DNA from: Eledone cirrhosa
Lineage: Eukaryota
Length of the DNA stretch: 64,000 nucleotides
Direction: 5' to 3'
Assembly (NCBI GenBank): GCA_964016885.1
Contig: OZ024741.1
Coordinates: 286,564,001-286,628,000 of the forward strand
Both the position numbers and the translations under genes were made by a program. Below the pieces are notes generated by a model, which saw only the letters and a program-made list of their open reading frames with translations, did not search any database and was not told the origin of the DNA. Shown here piece after piece: positions 54,877 to 64,000 of this stretch. Position 1 is the first letter of the stretch; the number at the start of each line of letters is the position of its first letter.

Positions 54877-55150
54877 GTGTGTATGTGTATATATGTGTAT
54901 ATATATATATATGTATATGTGTGTGTGTGTGTATATAATTACATATACATATGTGTGTGTGTTTAATATGTATACGTGTGCGTGTTTGTGTATGTATGTG
55001 TTTTTGTGTTTGTTTATGTATATTTATGTGTGAGAGTGTGTGTATGTTTTTTACTGTTTCGTACGTATGTGTGCGTGCTTTTTTGTGTGTATTACTTACT
55101 ACGCGTGTCTGTCCTGTTAGCTGGGGCATGTATCGCTGTCAAAAATTTTA

Positions 55151-55211
<61 letters not shown>

Positions 55212-55637
55212 AAGTATGCTTTTGGGTTTTTTGTGTGTGTGTTTGCATGCGTCGTTTTATTTTATTTTATTTTTCCTTTCCTTCTCCCTTCTCAAGCCTC
55301 ACTTTCATATAGATTGCATTTTTTGGTTTGTAATCCAAATTCAATAAACAAACCAGCTTTTTTCCGTTCTGAGGATTGAAAGCAAAACCTTTTGCTTTTA
55401 AGAAACCACTGGTAAATGGAATAATTGCCTTATGCTGTTTATTACATAATAATAATATATATATATTGTTATACTTTGGGAGGGTCATGTTGCCAATAAG
55501 AAACACACGCACCAGTTGCTTTCACTTCAATTTAATATATATTTATAAATTCATAAATTTACAAATCTACAAACTTATAAATTATAAATTTCTGGTTGGT
55601 TGGTTGGTTCCACAACCAGATAGTTGTTTATATATAT

Positions 55638-55682
55638 AGTCATAGTCCTTTCGTCACACACTCTGTGACCTCTTCAGTGACT
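55638..55682 (-). ncRNA. minimal type-I hammerhead ribozyme
   Basis: Reverse complement AGTCA-CTGAAGA-GGTCACA GAGTG TGTGAC-GAAA-GGA-CTA-TGACT. Confidence 0.8.
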
Positions 55683-55860
55683 GGGGATTCCTTTCTTCGT
55701 TTCTGTGCCTTTTCTTTCTTCTATCCTACGCCATTTTGTTTCTTCTATCCTACGCCATTTTGTTTGCTAAACAAATTCAGAAACGAAATATATATATATA
55801 TATATATGTTTCTTCTATCCTACGCCATTTTGTTTGCTAAACAAATTCAGAAACGAAATA

Positions 55861-56737
55861 TATATATATATACATACAGGTACACATACATATATGTACG
55901 CATCAGTTTAGCGGACGCTTATTATAGCGCCCGCTTTGTTCGTTTGTAAACAAACTGAACAGCCTGAATTTATGCCGCACGGTGTTAAGGCAACCACGTC
56001 ACCTTTTTGTTCAACACTGACACAGGAACGATGTACTAGTTTCAAGCTTGTTAGCTATCATCAGCACCGTATACCCATCTGCCAGATAGTTGAACGTTCG
56101 AAAGTATATACTTTCCTTATGAAAATTAACGGCTGAGCAGCCTAATTTGCATATCGAGTGAGTTAAATCGGTCAGGCGTACCGAAAACGATGAGTTGTAA
56201 TAAAATGAAAACGAAATTTCATTTCTCACTCTTAGTACGGCACTTACTTAAATGTAAGTATGCATGTATACGTACATACATATATGTATACAGACGTACA
56301 GTAGCATGCATATATATATATACATACAGGTACACATACATATATGTACGCATCAGTTTAGCGGACGCTTATTATAGCGCCCGCTTTGTTCGTTTGTAAA
56401 CAAACTGAACAGCCTGAATTTATGCCGCACGGTGTTAAGGCAACCACGTCACCTTTTTGTTCAACACTGACACAGGAACGATGTCATAAGGAAAGTATAT
56501 ACTTTCGAACGTTCAACTATCTGGCAGATGGGTATACGGTGCTGATGATAGCTAACAAGCTTGAAACTAGTACATCGTTCCTGAGTCAGTGTTGAACAAA
56601 AAGGTGACGTGGTTGCCTTAACACCGTGCGGCATAAATTCATGCTGTTCAGTTTGTTTACAAACGAACAAAGCGGGCGCTATAATAAGCGTCCGCTAAAC
56701 TGATGCGTACATATATGTATGTGTACCTGTATGTATG

Positions 56738-56768
<31 letters not shown>

Positions 56769-56822
56769 GCATGCTACTGTACGTCTGTATACATATATGT
56801 ATGTACGTATACATGCATACTT
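55861..56822. mobile_element. ORF-less 450-bp tandem-plus-inverted element (retrozyme-like) with HHRs at 56028-56070 (-) and 56536-56578 (+)
   Basis: Unit 55861-56310, partial direct copy 56311-56483, inverted copy 56484-56822. ACGGTG-CTGATGA-TAGCT AACA AGCTT-GAAA-CTA-GTA-CATCGT with stem III palindrome ACTAGT. Confidence 0.88.
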
Positions 56823-56824
56823 AC

Positions 56825-56855
<31 letters not shown>

Positions 56856-56920
56856 CATGTATTTATATATGTGTGTGTGTGTGTCTGTATGTAAAAAAAT
56901 ATATAAATATGAATATATAT

Positions 56921-57980
56921 AGGGCTCGATACAGAACAAACTCTCTGCCCGAATTGCATGCACAAAAGCTTTGCAACTTTAAAAATATCTTAAGCCAGTG
57001 TTGAGGCCAAAAAAGAAAAACAATCTAAGGATATCCTATTAAATAAGCGGCAGGAATTAATTATATCTTGCAATCATAGAATTAGAAGAACCTTCAAATA
57101 TTATAAACCTAATTAATATACACCTTACACTTATATTTTACATATTATTATAATTAGTTTTTTTAATTTAGTTAACCTATAATTAGTACTTTACTACAGA
57201 GAACTTCATAATTTTATTTCCCTCTTACAGCTCTTTTCCTAAAATTAATACCTAAAAGTATACCTCTTAATTAATTTAATTTCCTGTTATGAATCTAAAT
57301 TCCTTGTAGTTTATATAAGATTGGTATTTCTCACCTTTATCCCAAAATGTTACTTTCCTTCGTTTTTTAACAACACTCTTTAATAACATCTAATTCTTAT
57401 TCATCACATTCATATGAATTAATATAAATTTATCCTTATAAGTATACCTATCAATTAATTTAATTTCTTGTTATAGATCTAGATTGCTTGTAGTTTAAAT
57501 AAAATTGGTATTTCTCACTAATACCCTTACCGTAAAATTTTATTTTCCTTCGTTTTTAACATTATTCTTTAATAACATCAAATTTTCGTGTACCCTTCAC
57601 TGGCTTGACTTCTTTTCATCCCCAAAGTATTCTTTTCATTCAAAGCATTCTTTTCATTCAAAACATAAGTCTGCACTCCTCTACCCCTAAATTAAATTTC
57701 TACTACCACTATTCTATCAACTTGACCTCTAACTACTTCTCTATTAGTCAATTCAAAACCTGTTCCCAAACACACCTTTTATATTAAATCTTTGTTGGTT
57801 TTTTTCAATAAATAAATCTCATCATTTCTGAAGACAGCATGTATATGTGAAGGTATATATATTTCCTCTGATAACTTGTAATATTTTTACATAGATCTAT
57901 ATGATATACATACCAACACACATATACATCCTAGAAACGATCGTAAAATGATGATTTTTTTAATATAAGGAACTTTTCTT
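56921..57980 (+). mobile_element. 3' fragment of a fourth PLE family (degenerate ORF end + tail)
   Basis: 57036-57116 translates LLNKRQELIISCNHRIRRTFKYYKPN*, matching the LN..E...CxH C-terminus of PLE-A and PLE-B. The tail ends with an HHR. Confidence 0.75.
57819..57954 (+). ncRNA. type-I hammerhead with a roughly 100-nt stem II
   Basis: Stem I TCATCATTT/AAATGATGA (9 bp); CTGAAGA; stem II ATGTATATGTG/CACATATACAT; GAAA; palindromic stem III ACGATCGT; GUA cleavage after 57945. Confidence 0.85.
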
Positions 57981-57984
57981 TGTT

Positions 57985-58037
<53 letters not shown>

Positions 58038-58047
58038 ACATACATAT

Positions 58048-58106
<59 letters not shown>

Positions 58107-58122
58107 AATACACACACTCACA

Positions 58123-58175
<53 letters not shown>

Positions 58176-58180
<5 letters not shown>

Positions 58181-59216
58181 TAAATTTAGTCCTTCATCAG
58201 TGATCTTCCAACATTCATTGGAATTTCATCGCTTTAAAGACCATATACCTCCGGTTGGTGAGAGCAACGGCTAAAGAAAGTCGTTGGGACACGTAAATAA
58301 GGGGAACGAGCGAGACTGTAAACAATCAAAGATGGTAATGCAACGAAAAGTGGGGAAGAAGGAGTCAAGTCCCAGAAATCGATGAATATAAGTTCTGTGA
58401 AATCATGGACGAGAGAGAATAAAGACCATCAAACCTAGTCGAAATGTGAGCAAGGAAAGAATTTCGCGCAGGTCAAACGCGAGGAAGAAGAGTCCCTGAA
58501 TTCGGTGAACATAAGTTCTGTGAAATCGTAGACAAGAGAGAAAAAAAGGAACAACCAACCTGGTCAAAGTGTGCGTGAGGAAAGAATTTCGCACAGGTCA
58601 AACGGGAGGAAGTAGGAGAGGGAGTAGCAGAGAGTGAGTGAGTGAAGGGTGAGGAAGAGGCTAACAGAGAGAGTGATTGTTAGAGGGGGTAAGGGGAAGT
58701 GAGAGATACAGAGAAAGAGGAAGCAGTAAGAATGAAAAAGACGGGTCACAGCGGAGGAAAATATATATGTGTGAATATGAAAACAAGATGTACTGCGTGG
58801 TTGCAAATGGGTTACATATGAATAAATTTAGTCCTTCATCAGTGATCTTCCAGCCTTCATTGGTATTTCATCGCTGTAAAGACCATATACCTCTGGTTGG
58901 TGCGAGCAACGGCTAAAGAAAGACGTTGGGACACGTAAATGAGGGGAACGAGCGAGACTGTAAACAATCAAAGATGGTAATGCAACGAAAAGTGAGGAAG
59001 AAGGAGTCAAGTCCCAGAAATCGATGAATATAAGTTCTGTGAAATCGTGGACGAGAGAGAGTAAAGACCATCAAACCTAGTCGAAATGTGAGCAAGGCAA
59101 GAATTTCGCACAGGTCAAACGGGAGGAAGAAGGAGTCTAGTCCCTGAATTCGGTGAACATAACTTCTGAGAAATCGTAGACAAGAGAGAAAAAAAAGGAA
59201 CAACCAACCTGGTCAA
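58176..59216. repeat. partial tandem duplication (about 640-bp unit) between (TA)n tracts, probably a non-autonomous PLE-type element
   Basis: 58176-58566 is repeated at 58817-59216, with internal sub-repeats. Confidence 0.75.
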
Positions 59217-59323
59217 ATATATATATATATATATATGTAAAAGGTAAACAGAAATAACAACAGAATCGGTACAGTATATGGAAGGTATATATTAGGTTAA
59301 CTCTTGATATAGCAGGAAGAGGG

Positions 59324-59359
59324 TCTTAACGTTTCGGACGCTAGTCCTTCATCAGAAGA
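59324..59359 (-). ncRNA. minimal hammerhead ribozyme
   Basis: Reverse complement TCTT-CTGATGA-AGGAC TAGC GTCC-GAAACGTT-AAGA. Stem III is reduced to the palindrome ACGT. Confidence 0.7.
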
Positions 59360-59446
59360 AAGAATGAGAAATAAAATAGATTAAGTGGACGGGCGGGGGG
59401 GAATTGGAAAAATATATAATGGTTTCTTATATAGACACAAGGCCAG

Positions 59447-59516
<70 letters not shown>

Positions 59517-60512
59517 GTGGAGAAATATATAAAGGAGAACAAACCGTTAAAACATGTTTATTTAAAATACCACCTACGTACGTTTCGCCCGAAAGGGCTT
59601 CCCAAGGGCATAAACAACTAAAAAGCGTTCCTTACATGGCTCGGAATGGGTTTTTAAAAATAAGTTCACGTCACAGTTCATTCTTCGTAAAAAACATGTA
59701 TTGATTTTGCAGTAGGTCAAGGGAGATAACTCTAACCGGTGTTAGAGCAGTATTCTCCAGGCGACTTTTTATCCGTTATTACTTTGTAGTTACAGCTTTA
59801 CCATTGTCGATACGCACAGGATCAGGTATGCAACATTATTTTCCAGATGTTTGTTTGCTGCGCCTGCCCGCCTGGGTCGATTCTTGCCGGGTCTGGGATG
59901 CATGGTTAGTTTCCGGATGTTTTTTGCAGCGCCTGCCCGCCGGGGTGTTAAAGTTTGGTGCAGGGCGACCCGGTTTACGGCTTTCACTCCTCATTCTTAT
60001 TTCATCTGGAGTAGGATATTTTTAAGTGGTGTGTACAGTTCATCGTCGTTTCTGCTCTGCTGTTGATGAGCTCGTGGGGTGCCGTTATGATATGGTAAAA
60101 CTCCATAAGGCAAAGCTCGCACTTCCTCTTGAAAGTGTACGGTGCTGCTCTGTCGACAATTTCCCAGTGCGTGGAGAAGCTGATGTTTGAGTCTTTTAAT
60201 GCTGTGTTGTAGTTCGCGAGCGAAGTGGAGTGTCTTAGTTTCTTGTTTGCGAAATAAACATGTTTTAACGGTTTGTTCTCCTTTATATATTTTTCCACGT
60301 GTATCCGCTCTGCTGATTTTCTCGCCCACTAGATATTCTTCTAATATTTAACACTTCTAATATTTAACACTGCAGGCACAAGCATTGAGCACCCTTTGCA
60401 TATGCTATTGGCAAATAACTACATGTATCGCCTATCTCTTCTTCTCTCTGCCGATACTTAATTACTCTATTACCGTGCTCCTTTTGTAGAGCATATCACT
60501 TTATTTGCCATC

Positions 60513-63325
60513 ATGTTAGAGAATCAGCCGTTACCCATGTCTCTCAAGTGCATCCCCTTACCCAGCAGAAAAACCTACATCAAACAACTTATAGATGCCA
60601 CCAACTCGTTTATACGGAGAATTAGATGGTAGGCCTATCACCTAGATAGGAACACCCGTAACCTTCCAGAACCTAAAGAGGTACAGCTTCAAAACATACC
60701 GAAACCCACCGCACAACACCTTGCTAGACTCCTTTGAGGAGGACCTGCTGAAAAGGATCAGAAACACTAAGTTCAAGAAGAAACACCGGTGCAGTAATCC
60801 ATTCTTAACATCCCTGGATGCACTCATCACCAAGATCAAGAATGACCCACACCTCTTCGTCACCTCTGACAAAACCGAGAAGCTGTATAAGATGGACGCG
60901 AGCAAGTATAAACAATTCATTTATAAAGAACTACACAAAGACTACAAAAAGACACCCATTAATACCTTAAATGACATAAATAGAGTAGGGAAGGATATAG
61001 TCACTAGCTTAGAAATAGATAAGTACACAAACCCGTATGCCCCTCTAACGCCTAAATTCTCTCTTAAGGATCACAAATGTAACTTTAATGAAAGCCCCTC
61101 TATTAGACTAATATGTCCCTCTACATCCGACATAGGTAAGATTAGTAAAGTGATCCTCGATAGAGTACTACTGGAGCTTAATAGAAAAGCTAAGGTCTGC
61201 CTCTGGAGCAACACCGACCAGGTCATTAATTGGTTCACCGAGTTGCCTGATAAAGCGAAGTTCATCCAGTTTGACATAGATAGTTACTACGCCTCTATCT
61301 CCCCTATACTCTTAAATAAGGCACTCATCCTAGCTAAATCTAACACTAGCCTCACTAAAAAAGAGATAGATATAGTTCTAGCGGCGCATAGAACCATTAT
61401 CCAATTCGAAGGTTCCCAGTGGACCCGAACCAACCGTCCTGATAACTTCGACATCACGATGGGGTCCAGTGACTCGGCGCAAGCAACCGACCTGGTCGGA
61501 ATATACCTCCTCCATAAGCTTAGGGACGAGATACCGGCCCTACAAGGAGGTGTATATAGAGACGACGCCCTGTTTACCGTTCGGAACTATAGCCCCCGGA
61601 GAATAGAGAACCTTAACAAGCACATACACAGGTTCTTCAAGTCATACGCCCTATCCGTAACTATGGATCTCAACCACCAGGTGGTCAACTTCCTGGACGT
61701 GACCCAGGAGTTGAGTACGGGCCTATACAAGCCACATCATAAGCCTGGAGAGAGCCTTTCGTATATTAATTATGCCTCCAACCACCCTAAGCAGACTCTC
61801 AACTCCATAGTCTATAGCATCTCACATAGAATCTCGAGGCTCTCCGCCAATGAGGATATCTTCAACCAAGCGGCAGATTACTACAATAAGGCCTTAATAA
61901 GCGCCGGTTTTAACCGAAGAATCTCCTACATCCCTAATGCTAGCTCCAGAAACCACCCCTCTCATAAGACTAACGTTATAGTAAGCCATACCTATAACCG
62001 GACGCGCGGCGGCTTTGAAAGAGTCGGATGTAATAGTATAGAAAATCGCACTAAGGAACACGGCCGTAATGTTAATTACACTAGCGATAGTATTGGTAGC
62101 TTACCACACAATAAGGATCACGATCCCGGTGACAGTGAGCACTGTAGCCTACTTGAATTATTCCCCTACTATAAGATCAACAAAGGCGGTGGCCTACTAC
62201 CAACGCCTTCCAACCAGCGTCTTCCTATACATAAACGTAGCGGAAAGAAGACGAATGCACCCGAGCATAAAGCGAAAGGGACACGTAACGAGCTACAACA
62301 CAATAACATGCATAAGAACTGATAGCACAATCCTTAGCAAACGTACAAAGACACGGAATCACCACCGTAACGTCTTATGGTTCCATCCTCCCTACTCCCG
62401 GAGTGTGGCCTCCGACATACCCCGGATATTCTTCGAAGCCTTAGAGAAGAACTTCCCACCCAACCATAAGTATAGGAAAATTCTGAATAGGAACAATATA
62501 AAAATATCCTTCTCTACTATTCCTAACCTAGCAGACATCATAGGAACAACTAATCGCAGTAAGATCACCAAGACACAGCACCTTAGCACCGATACACCTA
62601 CACCTGACAACAACTATATCGGCCTTGACGACTCCCTAGCAGCACCCAATAGTACTGGCAACAGCCACTACAAACGCAACCAACATAACCGCGACATGAC
62701 TGGGGAATATGCAAGTGACCCGCACGGGTCACCGGGCGGCAACGGAAGACGCTGCTGCGTGCGGAATGATAATGGTACTACCCTGCACGCGGTGGGTTAT
62801 AATGGTACCAATGAGAGGTGTAGGGGCGTAGGTAACAACATAGATAGCAATAATAATAGCCTTACCTTGGGAACTAGAAGGGACCGCGACCGAAATTGCA
62901 ACTGCCGTGACAGGGGACGTTGCCCCCTTAAGGGTAACTGTCTGACTGATAGGGTTATTTATAGGTGCACCGTAACTAGCCATAATAGCGTTAAACATTA
63001 TATAGGGGCAATCTCTGGCCCGTTCAAAAATAGATTTCGAACACATCTCCATCCTTTCGCAAACAAGAAACTAAGACACTCCACTTCGCTCGCGAACTAC
63101 ATCACAGCATTAAAAGACTCAAACATTAGCTTCTCCACGCACTGGGAAATTGTCGGCAGAGCAGCACCATACAATTTCAAGAGGAAGTGCGAGCTTTGTC
63201 TCATGGAGCTTTACCATATCATAACGGCACCCCACGAGCTCATCAACAGCAGAGCAGAAACGACGATAACTTGTACACACCACTTAAAAATATCCTACTC
63301 CAGATGGAATAAGAATGAGGAGTGA
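60513..63325 (+). pseudogene. PLE-B (Naiad-type) RT + GIY-YIG with one stop and two frameshifts
   Basis: ATG 60513 ...SLKCIPLPS...RRIRW*A (TAG 60630); frameshift at about 60680; QFDIDSYYASI, MGSSDSA, GVYRDDA, NFLDV; frameshift in the linker before 62322; VLWFHPPYS, CNCx5C, VIY...YIG, CELC...LINSRAE...CTH. Confidence 0.92.
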
Positions 63326-63698
63326 AAGCCGTAAACCGGGTCGCCCTGCACCAAACTTTAATACCCCGGCGGGCAGGCGCTGCAAGAATCATCCGGAAAC
63401 TAACCATGCATCCCAGACCCGGCACGAATCGACCCAGGCGGGCAGGCGCAGCAAACAAACATCTGGAAAATAATGTTGCATACCTGATCCTGTGCGTATC
63501 GACAATGGTAAAGCTGTAACTACAAAGTAATAACGGATAAAAAGTCGCCTGGAGAATACTGCTGTAAAACCGGTTAGAGTTATCTCCCTTGACCTACTGC
63601 AAAATCAATACATGTTTTTTTACGAAGAATGAACTGTGACGTGAACTTATTTCTAAAAACCCATTCCGAGTCATGTAAGGAACGCTTTTTAGTTTTTT

Positions 63699-63740
63699 AT
63701 GCCCTTGAGAAGCCCTTTCGGGCGAAACGTACGTAGGTGC
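63699..63740 (+). ncRNA. variant hammerhead (U3-A8 core) in PLE-B tail; mirror copy at 59572-59612
   Basis: GCCC-TTGAGAA-GCCC TTTC GGGC-GAAA-CGTAC-GTA-GG with palindromic stem III ACGTACGT. Stem I is short. Confidence 0.65.
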
Positions 63741-63947
63741 TATTTTAAATAAACATGTTTTAACGGTTTGTTCTTCTTTATATATTTCTCCACATGTATC
63801 CGCTCTGCTGATTTTCTCACGCACTAGATATTAACACTTCTAATATTTAACACTGCAGGCACAAGCATTGAGCACCCTTTGCATATGCTAGTGGCAAATA
63901 ACTACATGTATCGCCTATCTCTTCTTCTCTCTCTCGATACTTAATTA

Positions 63948-64000
<53 letters not shown>

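Larger units (their letters stand above)
51605..55453 (+). mobile_element. PLE family A (diverged subfamily), 5'-complete but defective copy
   Basis: Short pLTR end, 5' UTR, ATG at 51757 and tail to about 55453, with nested insertions at 54020-54520. Confidence 0.93.
59515..63950 (+). mobile_element. Penelope-like retroelement family B: inverted 3' segment (59515-60253), partial pLTR (60252-60468), ORF and tail
   Basis: 59515-60253 is the reverse complement of about 63056-63794, and 60252-60468 is a direct repeat of about 63747-63950. Flanked by microsatellites. Confidence 0.95.

Noticed and set aside
58770-58850. Hammerhead in the 640-bp tandem (minus-strand CTGATGAAGGAC)
   Set aside because: No proper stem II closure, and GCAA in place of GAAA; at best degenerate.
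35016-63325. Selenocysteine-encoding Naiad ORFs (reported for some Naiads)
   Set aside because: Conserved Cys positions are ordinary Cys codons. The interruptions are TAA, TAG or frameshifts, and the TGA at 62320 is followed by TAG and lies out of the downstream frame.

Overview
AT-rich, microsatellite-dense animal DNA with no prokaryotic features. The SINE types and repeat landscape suggest an octopod cephalopod, which is an inference. Bases 1-19.2 kb are a homogeneous 42-bp satellite array with kilobase-scale higher-order duplications and a telomere-like CTAACCCTA motif; all ORFs there are artefacts. Bases 19.2-29 kb hold tRNA-SINEs, a deleted Tc1/mariner element, Helitron-like ends, a 200-N gap and one real-looking gene for a 290-aa secreted protein. 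Bases 29-64 kb are a nested pile of Penelope-like retroelements (PLEs) of the Naiad type (RT plus C-terminal GIY-YIG): two families with near-complete copies and fragments of two more, in inverted and partial-tandem arrangements. The main signal is non-coding. Reading both strands by eye gives roughly 30 type-I hammerhead ribozyme (HHR) motifs from about a dozen unrelated sequence families in 35 kb. They lie in the PLE tails and in many short ORF-less palindromic or partial-tandem elements inserted in (TA)n. Some show compensatory stem changes or core variants, and one element's end falls exactly on its predicted cleavage site. All folds were checked by eye only.
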